From a virus, in IMG/VR virus record IMGVR_UViG_3300044837_000085, positions 1 through 64,000 of that record: a stretch of 64,000 nucleotides of DNA, one strand, 5' to 3'. The notes beneath the pieces were generated by a model. That model was not told where the DNA came from, made no database searches, and worked only from the letters and a program-made list of their open reading frames with translations. Numbering within the stretch: position 1 is the first letter of the stretch; the number at the start of each line of letters is the position of its first letter. Position numbers and translations under genes: made by a program. Positions 28,635 to 40,270 of the stretch are shown one piece after another.

Positions 28635-30535
28635 CACGAAACGACCCCCTCCATTGCGCCAACAGCCTCGCAAGTCGGAGTCCCCTCACCCTCAACCCGA
28701 TCCAACCCCCGCCAGAATTCCGTGCGGAACGTCTCCCGCAATCCGTCCCATTCGTGCCACGTCACCTTGACAAGCCCGCATCGCAAGCACTCGCGCTCCG
28801 TCTTTCTCGGCAGTGCGACTGCGTTTGGGACTCGTGTTGGCTCGCTCCATGTGTGGCGCGTCATGGCTTGCATCCCTCGATCAGCGCTGAGAACGACTTA
28901 ACCGGAACGGCCGAGCGGCCCATGTCCTTTACGAATACGCGGCAAGGATTGTTAATATCCCTTGAAACTTCGGCGTAGCTCGAACCGCCTTCGGTTTCGA
29001 AGCCGTGGTCGCTGCAGCCAGCGAGCATCAACACAGCAACCATTAACAGTGCGGTTGCGTTGGGGACGCGGGTTGGATCTGCCCATGAGTGGCGCCCGCG
29101 CTTATTCATCGGCCTGCCCCGGCAGCGTAATCTTTCGCTTTTGCTTTAGACCCTTCGCTCTACGGAGTAGCCCCATCTTGGTCCCGACAACGGCGAACCT
29201 TGGGAATTTCAAAGATCGTTTTCGTCCAACCCGGCTTCTGGTGTTCCCATGAGGGTCCGACTGCTCGGAAATCTCTTCGAGCGCTTCGATTTCATCGTTC
29301 ATACCGCATCCCCATCCGCATTGATCTGCGCGCCGTAGAGGCGGTTTGGTGCAACCAATGGTTTGAAGTAGTAGCCGGGATCATCGGTCAGAACGTCTGG
29401 CTCAAGCTGGCTAATCACACAGTCACCGATCGCATATATTTGGCGGCCATCCTCCATATCGAGGTGCGTTGGCTTTTCGAAATGATAGCGACCCGGCTTT
29501 GCATTCCGGACGACTGGAAAGCCGCTTGACATAGGGCGATAGTAAATAGTCTCACCCTCAGACGAGCCAAAGTAATCCGGGAGGATTGGCGTAAACCCCG
29601 CCATAGAGCGTATGGCGTTTGGCGTCATTGCGGTAGACGCCAACTCTTTCGCCACCGCAGGCGCAACCAACGGTGCCGCAGCTAATAGTCCGAAGAACTC
29701 CCGACGTGATGTCATGGCTGCGCCCTATAGCAATGGACGAATATTGGTTTTTCGTTAGCGCGCGATTCCATCGTCGCCGTGAACGTGATTGTCCACAGCC
29801 GTTCGAACGGAAGACCGTTTTTGATCGGCCATCTGATCGCGATATCCGCAACGTTGGTCCGGCGATCAACAGGCCCGCGGTATAACCCGTCGATGTTCTT
29901 GCAGGTTCCGTACCACTGGCCGGATTTACCCTTCTCGATTACAATCCTCATGACGGGACGCGCTCCAATTCATGGATCGGGCAATCCGAAGAGAGATGCA
30001 GTTGCTCCGGCCATCGACGTTGTTCCGGGCATGTGCAGCCAAGTCCAATCGCCTTCTCGCTCCATGGAAACGGGTCGAAGTCGCGAGCCTTCGCGTCTGG
30101 CGGAATATCGCAAACGAACACGCTCATGCCGCGGACTCCTTCGCCTTCTCGCGGGCAATCCGCCGGCCGCGCGCTATCAGTTCCCGAGCTTCGTCTTCAT
30201 CGCATTGCAACAGGCCCTTGACGGACGCGACGCGCTCCGCTTTCGGCAGCATCCTTGCCACTTCATTGGCGATTCCAGCTTTCACATCGCGCATTTTGTT
30301 GTCGGATACTTTTTTCATTTCGTTTCACCTGAAACGTGTTTCACATGAAATAGACGTCGATACTCTCGAGCCATGCGGGCTTGCTCCGCTCGCCAGCGCC
30401 GCTGATAGGCGGCATGGCATAGGTGACAGAGCCGCTGTCCTTGGCGATCATGCGTCGCGTTACACTCGGCACAGAGCGGCGTGCCGTCTGGAACGCCCAG
30501 CGACTGCCTCCTGCGAGTCTGGTAGGTAGCAGCCA

Positions 30536-31270
30536 TCACGACGTCTTGGCCTCCCAAGCAGCCATGCAAACGGGTGCAACGGTGCAAGCAAGTTCCCGCA
30601 TTGCGTCGGCATAGACCCGGATTTCATATTGGGCGTGACCGTCGCACCGAAGCGTCAGAAATTTGAGGAGGTTCAGCAAATCGACCGTTGCAAACATATG
30701 GCTATAGGTCGCTACCGGCAGCACCGAACGTGCCAGCTCTCGCGCAACCCCCATCGCCAGCATGTCCTTGTAAGTGTCGAAGGCCGCTGCGCAAGCTTCC
30801 TGAATCTTCCCGACCTGGGTCGAGGCCCACTGCTGGCTGACAACTTCGTCGGAACGGCCCTGCTTGTTGTCCGTGGACTGCTTGGCGATGACGTCCAGAG
30901 CGGGCACGTAGAACTCCTCCGGCAACTCCCGATAGCGGGCGCTTAGTTCGTTGAAACTCCATGTACGATGCCGGTGCCACTGCCGAAAAACGAAGATTGG
31001 GGCCTTGACTTCGAAAGTGAATGTCACGGCCTCGAACGGCGTTGTGTGGTGGTTTTTCCAGAGATAGCGAATCAATTTAGCGTCGCTGCCGGCATCCTCA
31101 CCAGCGCGCCATGCCGCGTCGTAGGAGACACGCGCGGCTCGCGCTACCGACAAATCGCTACCCATGCTATCGACGAGACGAACAAAGCCATGATCCAAGA
31201 CCTTCCGAAACGTTCGGTCTTCGTGCTGAGCGGCGGCGTGGCGCGCATCGGCGCCAGTCAAATAGTTCAT
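30536..31270 (-). CDS. thyX: FAD-dependent thymidylate synthase
   Basis: AARVSY, HTTPFE, RQWHRHRTWSFNELSARY, RELARSVLP, HAQYEIR. Confidence 0.95.
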   Translation of the reverse strand: MNYLTGADARHAAAQHEDRTFRKVLDHGFVRLVDSMGSDLSVARAARVSYDAAWRAGEDAGSDAKLIRYLWKNHHTTPFEAVTFTFEVKAPIFVFRQWHRHRTWSFNELSARYRELPEEFYVPALDVIAKQSTDNKQGRSDEVVSQQWASTQVGKIQEACAAAFDTYKDMLAMGVARELARSVLPVATYSHMFATVDLLNLLKFLTLRCDGHAQYEIRVYADAMRELACTVAPVCMAAWEAKTS

Positions 31271-31509
31271 TGCGGAATCCTTTTCACAAAATCGGCCAGA
31301 TAATTCGCGTACCATGCGGCCTTGGCGTAATCTTCCGCGCCGTTCTTTTTCATCGCCCTCGCGTTGTACTTGATGATGTTAAACTTGAGCGCACCGATGA
31401 ATTCCTCGCGCGTCAGCCAAGCCTCAAGAACTTTGATGACCTCGAACGGATTCCCGACGCCGCCGTAGTGCGCAGGATTATTGACAGCGTCATTGCTCAC
31501 GTCACTCAT
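31267..31509 (-). CDS. DUF3310 protein
   Basis: VNNPAHY...NIIKY..R..KKNG.ED..KA.WY. Confidence 0.85.
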   Translation of the reverse strand: MSDVSNDAVNNPAHYGGVGNPFEVIKVLEAWLTREEFIGALKFNIIKYNARAMKKNGAEDYAKAAWYANYLADFVKRIPQ

Positions 31510-31759
31510 TCGCCGCTCCGCATGATGTTTTCAGCCTTGACGCCAATCATGCCGCCTTGCTCGAGCATCTTTTTTACGATGATGCGGACGCAATCCAGCG
31601 TGTGGTCCTTGCCCTGAAAGCGCAGCGAGAATGCCAATAGCCCGCCGAATGTCGTCGCCATCGCACCCGTGACGCGGGCCAACGCCTCCGCATCACCTTT
31701 CAGCGCCAACGGATGGTGCTTTGCAATCAGGGCGGCTAACTCGGTTCCGAAGGATTCAT

Positions 31760-32068
31760 TCATGCCGAGCCTCCCATGAGGTCTACCAGCGCGCCGATCG
31801 GGCCGGACGGCTTCCCGTCGGCGTCCCGCGTGATGGCGTGGCTGATGGTCTCGATCGGGACACCGTGCTGCAAGGCGAGGCTGAGCAGCACGGCAGAGTC
31901 GCGCGCCAAAGTCTCCGCCTGGGTTCCGGACTTCGCGCAGTTCAGGAACACTTCCGCCACAGGTCCGGACGGCCTCGCGCGACCGAGGCCAACGACGTAC
32001 TTCTGGCCCCAATGCTCAAAGCGGAGCGTTTCGTGGGTCCGCCGATTTGGAAGCGTTGTGCGAGTCAT
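31760..32068 (-). CDS. TSCPD-like (class II RNR C-terminal-like) domain protein
   Basis: LPNRR...EVF...K.G...SLALQHGVP. Confidence 0.7.
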   Translation of the reverse strand: MTRTTLPNRRTHETLRFEHWGQKYVVGLGRARPSGPVAEVFLNCAKSGTQAETLARDSAVLLSLALQHGVPIETISHAITRDADGKPSGPIGALVDLMGGSA

Positions 32069-34776
32069 TCCGCCGCCTCCGAGTCGATAGGAGCGAATAG
32101 GCTTCCTGGCTCGAACGGTGCTTTGTCTTTCCCGAGTTGCTTGACCATGTGACGGGAGCCCTCTTCCCGGCCCATAAACGCAGCCTCGATGCGCGCTTTG
32201 GCGAGCGTGGCGTATTCCGGGTTCAGTTCTATTATCGTGCTGTTGCGCCCCAGCGTGGCCGCTACAAGGGCCGTAGTGCCGGAGCCGCCGAACGGATCTA
32301 ATACCTTGGCCGGCTCCGGTTCATGTTCTGGGCAATCGCATGAGGGCGTCCACCCAGTAGTGACGGATCGTGCGGGGCTAACCATAGTACCGCTTGTGCC
32401 AGTCCGCGTGCCGCGCTCTTCATTGCGCGCCGTCTTCCGAATAACCATCGCTGTTTTTTCGGTCTCACGGGACCAAGGTGAGCCGCAGTGTGGGCAGTTG
32501 CCCGCTTCCGATGTGCCTGCCTTTATCAGCGGCTCGATCAACGCGACTGGGAAAGTATTGCCGGTAATGAAAGGCTTGCCAGCACGGCGCGCTACCCAGA
32601 ATGTTGATTCAACAGAAGGGCACCAAACTGTACCGGAATATCGTTCCCTACCGATCGGCGTATGCACGCCATCTGCACTGCGCAAAGTGAGCCAGCGACC
32701 ATCAGTAAGATATAAAACGAAACAGCCTTCTTTTTTCGGCGCAATATGGCCGCGCCAACCGAGGCGCATACCCATACCTTGGATGATGTCCAGAAAACCT
32801 CGATCTTTCTGAACTACACAGCATCGACCGTCAGATCGGCGATGGCCGTCGCCGTCGATAACAGCGTCAACAAACGCTCGAATCTCTGAAATCGGCCATG
32901 ATAGCCAAGACCACGATGCATCCTTGCGGGGGCTTGCCATGTAGAGAGACTCCGCCACGTCCCCTCTCACTGAAAAGACGATCTCAATACTTGGGCGACC
33001 GCGCCATTCACGCGAGCGTTTGCTTTCTTTGAAGTCCGCTCCTAATTCACGGAGCAATGAGCGGATCGCTTCAACCTTCTTGGGATTTGCGCTTAATGAT
33101 TGGTATATCCTGATCCATTGGCCGCGTTTTTTCTCGCCCTCCGTAAGATACCATCCAAGCAGCGCCGCAAAAGTCTCGCCGTATCCGGGAGATTCAGACA
33201 CAACCAAATTTGCAGAGACGGGAACCTGCATACCAGGTTTTAGTTTTCCGGCTTCAACGACGCCCTCGCCGCTAACTCTGCGACGGACTAGGCAGCGATG
33301 GTTCTCGGTTAGCCGCTGAGAACTGTCGCGCTTTTCGATAGCCACAAGTTCGCCGTCAAACGGGTAGCGATGGAATGTAGCGCGTTGCCAGAACGCAATA
33401 CCCTTATCCCTGTCGTAGGCCGCAATTTCGTCGCCGTCACTTAGCTCTGCGTGCAATCGCCAGCCCCGCGGCGTGAGCGCCTCAGTAGCATCATCAACAC
33501 AAGCAAAATGGGCCTCGCTGAAGCCTTGAGGATTGGCATCGATCGCCAGCGGCGTCCCGTCGCCGTCCGATATCAAGCCGAAAGGAATTTCGATCGACGA
33601 AAAGAAAAGGTCGGTGTTGCGGAAGTTGCGTTCATTGAGAACTTCCGTGGTGCTTTCGTGCCACGAATCTTTCGCTTTGATATTCGTCTCATCGCCTACC
33701 GATTTTGGCGTAACGCCGGGCTTGCGGACAACCGCCTTCATATTCCCGTTTGTCTTCGCCCCACCGTTGGCGCGCGCTGACCCGGTTTGCGAGGCCACGT
33801 TCTGCGCAACCCGCGAATTAGTTGATGCAGAAGCGGCCTTGCGCACCGCGTCCGCGTCATACCAATAACGTTCCGATTTCGTCAGCAGCGCCACTTGCTC
33901 CAGAGAGTTCGCCGGACGATCCGTGACTGATTCCGGCATGCCGTTCCGCTTGATCCACGGCAGCTTTGAGCGAATCCACCAACCGTCGTCCTGAAGCGCG
34001 ATAAATAGCCGCTCCGGGACCATGCACAAATCCTTCGCTTTGAGGTATCCGCCACCGCGCCAGCGCAGCCCATCGTCACGCAAGCCCCAACCACCAACGT
34101 CAACGTCATCCCTGTCTTCGCCTGCGGTTATGCGCTTGCCGTTAGCGACGATCCTGCCGGTATTTCCCGCCTGCCCACCTGATCCTTTATTGCCGCTCCT
34201 GCCGCGACGATCTCCAGATTCGTGATCCGGCACAAATATTGGTCCGACTGTCGAGAACGGTTTATCCCGGAAGGTGCGATCATCATCGCCCTTCAGTTTT
34301 GTGTCCGCCGCACTTCGGCCGTTCGGTGCCGTGGCGTAGCAGTCGCCGTAATTGATCCAACAGACGCCAGTCGGCTTAAGGACGCGGCGCACCTCACGAA
34401 AGACATCGACCATGACGGAGATATGCTCGGCAAGAGTCGACTCCATACCGATCTGTTCGTCGACATAGACGGCCTCACACTTTGAACAATGGCCACCAGT
34501 AAACTTCGTCATGTTGGCGTATGTGTCGCCGTTCTTGCCTGGGTTTCCCGGACCCTTGACAGAATTCGCCCATGGTGTGCGATCGGTGCCAACTCGATCG
34601 TGTTGGCAATCAACGTCTCCACCTTCCCACTTTCCAGTTCCGTAATTCCGAAGTCCCCAGTAGGGCGGCGAGGTGCAGACACAATCAAAATGATCGTCCG
34701 GCAACGTCTTGAGCATTGCTCGCACGTCCCCGAGAAGCATCGTAACCTTGCCGTTGAGAAAAGTTTCAGCGGTCAT
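32065..34776 (-). CDS. N4/N6 DNA methyltransferase with intein
   Basis: TSPPYWGLR, HFA|TFP split by intein, VLDPFGGSGTT, IELNPEY. Confidence 0.9.
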   Translation of the reverse strand: MTAETFLNGKVTMLLGDVRAMLKTLPDDHFDCVCTSPPYWGLRNYGTGKWEGGDVDCQHDRVGTDRTPWANSVKGPGNPGKNGDTYANMTKFTGGHCSKCEAVYVDEQIGMESTLAEHISVMVDVFREVRRVLKPTGVCWINYGDCYATAPNGRSAADTKLKGDDDRTFRDKPFSTVGPIFVPDHESGDRRGRSGNKGSGGQAGNTGRIVANGKRITAGEDRDDVDVGGWGLRDDGLRWRGGGYLKAKDLCMVPERLFIALQDDGWWIRSKLPWIKRNGMPESVTDRPANSLEQVALLTKSERYWYDADAVRKAASASTNSRVAQNVASQTGSARANGGAKTNGNMKAVVRKPGVTPKSVGDETNIKAKDSWHESTTEVLNERNFRNTDLFFSSIEIPFGLISDGDGTPLAIDANPQGFSEAHFACVDDATEALTPRGWRLHAELSDGDEIAAYDRDKGIAFWQRATFHRYPFDGELVAIEKRDSSQRLTENHRCLVRRRVSGEGVVEAGKLKPGMQVPVSANLVVSESPGYGETFAALLGWYLTEGEKKRGQWIRIYQSLSANPKKVEAIRSLLRELGADFKESKRSREWRGRPSIEIVFSVRGDVAESLYMASPRKDASWSWLSWPISEIRAFVDAVIDGDGHRRSDGRCCVVQKDRGFLDIIQGMGMRLGWRGHIAPKKEGCFVLYLTDGRWLTLRSADGVHTPIGRERYSGTVWCPSVESTFWVARRAGKPFITGNTFPVALIEPLIKAGTSEAGNCPHCGSPWSRETEKTAMVIRKTARNEERGTRTGTSGTMVSPARSVTTGWTPSCDCPEHEPEPAKVLDPFGGSGTTALVAATLGRNSTIIELNPEYATLAKARIEAAFMGREEGSRHMVKQLGKDKAPFEPGSLFAPIDSEAAE
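32557..33501 (-). mobile_element. 315-aa intein with LAGLIDADG homing endonuclease
   Basis: starts CVDDATEALT, block B TENHRC, LLGWYLTEG and AVIDGDG, ends FITGN followed by Thr. Confidence 0.9.
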
Positions 34777-34978
34777 TCCGAAGCGGCCTCGCGCCAATAA
34801 ACCCATTTGAACGTAGACCCCTGAACCGTCTGCGCCCTCCGCTTGATCTTCCCTTCCTCGCTTAGTTTGTAGAGATTCTGACCGACTGTTTCTTCAGCCC
34901 AGCAGTCTAGTGTTCGCCATATCTCGCGAGTCGAGAGCGCGTTTGATTCTCCGAATGGCACATGAGGTGTGACGTCGA

Positions 34979-36079
34979 TCATGCCGCCACCGCCTTTCGC
35001 GTCTTCGATCCGCACGGCATGAGAACGTTGACCGCGCTCGGCTCCGATCGATCGACAATCCGCAGCGGCTCGCGCTCGCTCTTGATGTAGAGGTCGAGTT
35101 TTTCACCGCGCATCGACTTCAGGGCTTCGCTGAACTGCGCTGCGCGAAGGCAAACGAACTTACCCTCCGCAGATTCGCATTCGATTGTTTCGGCGCCGTC
35201 CGCAACGCCGGTTGCCGAGATTGATATCTCGTCAGCGCCAACTGAAATATCGATCAGGTCCGAGCCGCTGAAATCCCCTACCGCCCGAAGTCGCGTCAGG
35301 CATTCCAGCATCGCGTCCTTATCGACCGTGATGCATCCTTCGACAGCAGCGGGGATTGTGCGACGATAGGTCTCCGGAAATGTCGAGTCGATGATCTTCG
35401 AACTGTAGACGCGCCCTTCGGAACTGATCGAAATGATGCGGCTCGAGATCGTGAGTTCGCCGCCACCGATCTTGATAATTTCGTCCGCCGCAGTGCGTGG
35501 GATGATCGCGCCCACGAATCCCTTCGCTTCCAAGCCGGTCGAGAACCGCATCAGGAAGTTGCCGTTGGTCGCCACGGAGCAGACCTTGCCTTCGTCGCTG
35601 TGCAAGTAAAATCCCTGAAAACACAGCCGAGACTCCTTGACGTCGATCGTCGGGCGAGGTCGGACAAGCAGTTGTTCAAGGTCCGCGGAGGATACGGACA
35701 GCTTGAACCCATCCTCAGCGGTCAGTGCGTTCGGCATGTCGGCGGCTGGTAAAATCGGTAGCTTGTACCTGGATCGCCCCGACTTGATGATCGCGTCCTG
35801 ACCAATAACCTCGATCGCGACGCTCGCCGCCTTGGGCAGACCGGCAACCAGCCGAGCGAACGGCGCGCCTGGGATTGCACAGGCACCGGGCGCGGCGACT
35901 TCAGCTTCGATCGTCGCTTCGCTGGAAGAATCCAGATCGTGTCCGAGCAGAACAAGTTTGTCGTCTACTGCCTCGCACCGCACATGCTGCAAGATCGGAA
36001 TAACGGTATGCGGCTTGGTGCGGTCACAGGGGCCGCGAAGTGCGGTCGAGAGATCGCCCGCATTTACGGTGCATTTCAT
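34979..36079 (-). CDS. dnaN: DNA polymerase III beta clamp homolog
   Basis: IPILQHV, DLD, VATNG, IIPR, SKIIDSTFP, VLMP. Confidence 0.9.
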   Translation of the reverse strand: MKCTVNAGDLSTALRGPCDRTKPHTVIPILQHVRCEAVDDKLVLLGHDLDSSSEATIEAEVAAPGACAIPGAPFARLVAGLPKAASVAIEVIGQDAIIKSGRSRYKLPILPAADMPNALTAEDGFKLSVSSADLEQLLVRPRPTIDVKESRLCFQGFYLHSDEGKVCSVATNGNFLMRFSTGLEAKGFVGAIIPRTAADEIIKIGGGELTISSRIISISSEGRVYSSKIIDSTFPETYRRTIPAAVEGCITVDKDAMLECLTRLRAVGDFSGSDLIDISVGADEISISATGVADGAETIECESAEGKFVCLRAAQFSEALKSMRGEKLDLYIKSEREPLRIVDRSEPSAVNVLMPCGSKTRKAVAA

Positions 36080-36395
36080 GGCTTCCGCCCCACCGCATCA
36101 TGAAGTCTGACGATGGCTCGATTTGCTCTTTCGGACTGCGGGACGTCGAATTTCAGCGGGGCGACACGCTCGCATTCATCCAGGAATGCATGGATCGCTT
36201 CCTCTGCATGATCTTCGACGTCGTCTCCGGTATCTTCGAGTTCGATAATCTCGCCCTGAAGTTCCTCGATCCGCGCTTCCTTCTTGTCCAGATGGCTATC
36301 CGCGTCGACCAGCAGCTTTTGCAGCCGTGAAATCTCTTCATGACAGCGCGTCACGGTCTTCGGATATTCAACGTCGCTTTCGTCAAGCAAATAGC

Positions 36396-36641
36396 TCATG
36401 CCGATACCTCCACAAGTCGATATCCCTTGCCGCGGACGTTGTTCACGTCGAAACCGTAGGGCCGAAGCTTCTTTCTCAGATTGCAGACCCAGACTTTGCG
36501 AGAGCCTTTATTGTGGTTCCTGCAGTGGGGAAGAATCTTTGGATAGGATTCGCGCAGATCGGTGAGTAGCCGCGCCTCAGCCGGCCGCAGACCGTAGACG
36601 CGGGCCGCGATGATCTCGCCTTCGTTGAGGAACGTCACCAT
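36396..36641 (-). CDS. OmpR/CtrA-type winged-helix DNA-binding domain only
   Basis: KVWVCNLRKKL...VNNVRGKGY resembles CtrA DVFICKLRKKL...IETVWGRGY. Confidence 0.7.
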   Translation of the reverse strand: MVTFLNEGEIIAARVYGLRPAEARLLTDLRESYPKILPHCRNHNKGSRKVWVCNLRKKLRPYGFDVNNVRGKGYRLVEVSA

Positions 36642-37183
36642 CACGCAACGTTCCTTTGCGCTCTGCGATATTCCTGCGTTCGTAACTGAACGATCTGCGC
36701 TCGTTCTAGCTGTGTGCGCTTGATGGGATTGCGGACGATCTCCCAACAATGCGGGCAGTAGCTTTCGCCCTTTCGCGTTTCGTTACCGCATGCGAGATAG
36801 CCCGGTCCTGGCGGTTCGTCCGCGATATATCGACACTGGTTGGGCGACTCGTTCTTGAAGTCGCGAAGATCGGCAAACGGAATACGCAGATCGCCAACGT
36901 ATGGCGCTGGTTTGATGGGTGGAAAATCTGCCATCTTCTTTTCCTCATTGGGCGCCCGGTGGCGGTGGTTACGGTCGTAAAGTCTCTGGCGCTCGTTTCG
37001 TCTGCGCTGCAATTCCTCTTGGGGTAAGCGCGGCTTTGTCGCCCGGCTCGGGAGGTTAAGACGGCTGCATTTTCCTATTGCCGCATTCCTCGTGATCCCC
37101 ATTGCTGCTGCTATTTCGGACATGGACATGCCGGTCGCATGAAGGCGTTTTAGTTCTGCGGTTTTGTAGTCATTCCAAATCAT
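36641..37183 (-). CDS. gcrA: GcrA-family cell-cycle regulator
   Basis: W.....ELKRLHATGMSMSEIA..MG.TRNAAIGK..RL; CRYI...CG.....SYCPHC. Confidence 0.85.
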   Translation of the reverse strand: MIWNDYKTAELKRLHATGMSMSEIAAAMGITRNAAIGKCSRLNLPSRATKPRLPQEELQRRRNERQRLYDRNHRHRAPNEEKKMADFPPIKPAPYVGDLRIPFADLRDFKNESPNQCRYIADEPPGPGYLACGNETRKGESYCPHCWEIVRNPIKRTQLERAQIVQLRTQEYRRAQRNVA

Positions 37184-37725
37184 GCCACCCTCGCGAATTC
37201 GCCAAAGTGCTCATGAGCCGCGCGGACATATGCGGAGTGCGCCTCTTCCGCAGTATGGAAGTAGCCCAGGAAAATGAGACGCTTGTTGCCGTTCTCGTTG
37301 ATCTTTATTTGACTTCGCCACTTCATGCCTTTGCGACAGGCGTGATAGAACGCGCCCTTCAATCCGGCGCGATTGTTCGATTGAGCTCCCCTGTTCTGCT
37401 TTTGCTCGGAAGATGTCGCTATCCGGAGGTTGTCGATGGCATTATTGGAAGGATCGTTATCCTTGTGATCTATTTCGGCGCCGCCGATCTGGATTCCATG
37501 AATATAAATCCAAGCTAGCCGATGCGCGGCAAACTGCCCAAGTCCTTTAACGCCAATGTAAATATAACCAAGCCGCCTCTTGGTCCCTGCGATATCTCCA
37601 GCCTTTCTCTTGCCGCCGCGCGTATCATTCTTCCAGCGGAATATTCCTGTCGCGTGATCGTAGCTAAACAGTTCGTGCAACAGCGCTTGGTTGGGAAGCT
37701 TACGCAATCGACCCTCCAAGCTCAC
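37180..37725 (-). CDS. HNH endonuclease with AP2 domain
   Basis: [33 protein letters not shown]. Confidence 0.9.
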   Translation of the reverse strand: MSLEGRLRKLPNQALLHELFSYDHATGIFRWKNDTRGGKRKAGDIAGTKRRLGYIYIGVKGLGQFAAHRLAWIYIHGIQIGGAEIDHKDNDPSNNAIDNLRIATSSEQKQNRGAQSNNRAGLKGAFYHACRKGMKWRSQIKINENGNKRLIFLGYFHTAEEAHSAYVRAAHEHFGEFARVA

Positions 37726-38953
37726 GGGTTATCGCTTCGACATCGGCATTAAGCTGAGCGTCAATTCTGCGCAGTTCGCTTATCTTTTTAGCGCCGTGAT
37801 AAACCGAACTGTGATCTCTTCCGCCGAACCTGCGGCCAATCTCCGGCAGAGACTTGAGGGTCAGCACCTTCGAAAGATAATAACCAACTTGGCGCGGCCT
37901 CACGACGGCTGCGGTACGTCGCGCCGACAGAATGTCGGAACGAGTCACGCCATAATGCCGGGCGCAAGCTACCTGTATTTCGTCGATCCTGATCTTGCGG
38001 GGTTCCGTTGGAAGTATCAGATCGCGTATTTCGCGCTCCGCCATATCCAATGTGATGACGCATTCATTGAGTTTGCTTTGAGCCAAAAGCCGATTGACTG
38101 CGGCCTCGATGTCGCGCCCGCATTTGACAACCGCGCCTACAATGAATTCCCGAACCGTATCCGGGATATCAAACGTCGGATGATAGAGCCGCGCAGCCTC
38201 GATCCGATGCTGCAGAATGTCTATCCGTTGCTCCTCAGCCGGCCTTCCGATCTCAACGACAAGGCCAGCGACGAGGCGCGATCTGGTCCTTTCATCCAGT
38301 ATCTCAAGATCGCTCGGCAAACGGTCGGCGGCTAGGACAACTTGTCTGCCACCATCGAGCGCGGCGTTTACCGTATGACAGAACTCGGCATGGGTCGGTT
38401 TGCCCTGCAGGAACTGGAGGTCGTCGATGATAAGCACGTCAAGACAGCGAAGCGAATGTTTGAACTCCACCGCCGCTTGCCGCTTGATCGAGTCAAAGAA
38501 GCTGTAGACGAATTTTTCAGCCGTGAGATAAAGCACCTTGCGGTCTTCGCAATTTCCCGCCAGCGCGATTGCTTGGAGTAGATGTGTTTTGCCGAGCCCT
38601 ACGCCAGCATGAATGTAGAGCGGATTGAACATGACCGGATCGCCACGGCGTCCGTCAGCGATCTGACGGGCTGCGGCATGGGCAAGATTGTTGCTGCGAC
38701 CAATTGAAAATCCGGCGAAGGTGAGCCGCGGATCAAGCGATGACCCTCCCAGGTCATGATGCGCCTTGGCGTCGGCCATCGGATCTTTCGCACGGACGAT
38801 CGCGGCCTTCGGCACAGGGATATCCAGCATGACGGTTGCTTTCCGCGGTGAATTGAAAAGACGGTCTCGGCGGTCCTTGCGCGCAGCGATGCGTTCCGTG
38901 AGCGGGACGTCGAGATAGGGGTCGTGCTGAACGAGCATCGCAATTGCTTCCAT
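37700..38953 (-). CDS. dnaA: DnaA homolog (AAA+ domain III and DNA-binding domain IV)
   Basis: [47 protein letters not shown]. Confidence 0.92.
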   Translation of the reverse strand: MEAIAMLVQHDPYLDVPLTERIAARKDRRDRLFNSPRKATVMLDIPVPKAAIVRAKDPMADAKAHHDLGGSSLDPRLTFAGFSIGRSNNLAHAAARQIADGRRGDPVMFNPLYIHAGVGLGKTHLLQAIALAGNCEDRKVLYLTAEKFVYSFFDSIKRQAAVEFKHSLRCLDVLIIDDLQFLQGKPTHAEFCHTVNAALDGGRQVVLAADRLPSDLEILDERTRSRLVAGLVVEIGRPAEEQRIDILQHRIEAARLYHPTFDIPDTVREFIVGAVVKCGRDIEAAVNRLLAQSKLNECVITLDMAEREIRDLILPTEPRKIRIDEIQVACARHYGVTRSDILSARRTAAVVRPRQVGYYLSKVLTLKSLPEIGRRFGGRDHSSVYHGAKKISELRRIDAQLNADVEAITRELGGSIA

Positions 38954-39111
38954 TTGAAAATCTCTCCCTACTCACAATGTCCGAAACCGGACAAACCAAA
39001 TTCCGGAGCAAAAGCCAGCGTTCATCGGGCCGGTTCCCGATTTTTCTTCCAGCCTCAGAAATCCCGCTGAGGCCCGCACTGTTAGGATTGTGATGCTACT
39101 GGAACTAAAAC

Positions 39112-39516
39112 TTAGCCAACCGTGGTCTTGTTCTGCGCTTCCGCCGTTTCATGTTCGGCAATCCGTCGCTTAACTTCCGTCATCGCCGCAGCGCTTATCA
39201 GTTTGAACTGAAGTGGAGCGAGCATCGTCCTTGCGCAGTCGATAAAGGTTTCCTCGAAGCCGCGAATGGCCTGACGCCGCAGGTGAGCGCGCTGGCGCAG
39301 TTCGCTAATCTCGGTCTGCATGGCAAGTTTTCGCAGACCGAGTTCTTTCTTCTCGCTACGCCCCGCGTTTTTAATTCTATCCTCAAGGATCGAAAGTCCC
39401 TCCTTCAACTGTCGCAGTTGCTCTTCTGAAGACAGTTGCTCGGTTCCATTCACCCAATCTCTTGGGGTTCCCTGGTGCAGAACTTTTTGGCGTCTGTCGG
39501 ATGCAACCTTGTACAT
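39112..39516 (-). CDS. hypothetical coiled-coil protein
   Basis: ORF in operon. Confidence 0.55.
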   Translation of the reverse strand: MYKVASDRRQKVLHQGTPRDWVNGTEQLSSEEQLRQLKEGLSILEDRIKNAGRSEKKELGLRKLAMQTEISELRQRAHLRRQAIRGFEETFIDCARTMLAPLQFKLISAAAMTEVKRRIAEHETAEAQNKTTVG

Positions 39517-39528
39517 TTAGTGCAGACC

Positions 39529-39951
39529 CTATTTCGCTGTAACGTGATCGACGTTATCCAGACAGTCCTTCAACGGTCGCGCGGCTTGCTGGATCTTCCG
39601 TCGCTCGTTCGGTGTGAAGACGCCATCCATCGCCGCCTCGAGAACGGTGAATGCAAAGTGCCCGGCCGCCCTAGAGAATTCCGCGATGATGTGGAAGACG
39701 CTCGCTACCGGCGCCGGATTGACCTTGCGAGCAATCAAATCGAACCCGCTTTCGCGCGCCAGTTCCTTGAGGAAGAAATTGCCCGATGCCCGATCAAGAT
39801 CAACCCAATGGTCAATCGGGATGTATCGCGTGTTGTCTGGGTTGCACCAATAGCTCAACTCGGTTTCGGAAACGCCAAGCATCTTCGAGACGTCGTGGCG
39901 GCTTCCCGTGCGCTCAATCGCATGGGCTGTGAGTTCTTTGAGGTCGGACAT
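39529..39951 (-). CDS. CII-like regulator
   Basis: HTH-like N-terminus, DG.FTPNER C-terminus; lies downstream of cro. Confidence 0.6.
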   Translation of the reverse strand: MSDLKELTAHAIERTGSRHDVSKMLGVSETELSYWCNPDNTRYIPIDHWVDLDRASGNFFLKELARESGFDLIARKVNPAPVASVFHIIAEFSRAAGHFAFTVLEAAMDGVFTPNERRKIQQAARPLKDCLDNVDHVTAK

Positions 39952-40270
39952 TTTACAAAACCTCCCCGGTTAAAACATTCCATTTATGTTCGCTATCGCA
40001 ATAAACGTGCAGAAAATTCAGCGCGGGCACATCATCCAGGCATTAAAGGAGGTGCCTTATGTTGGATTTTTGCCTGCTCTCGATTATCGGAATTAGCCTG
40101 ATCGCCGCCGCGCTTGCGGGACATGGCATTCTGTGTGAGATCAAGCGCCGTGACATTGCTGTCCATGTCGCGCTGCATCCGGATACGCGCAGCACGAATT
40201 TCGATGAGGATGACGCCGATCATGCATGATGCGATGAAAAGCAGCGCCGCTCCTATGTTGGGCTGCCACG

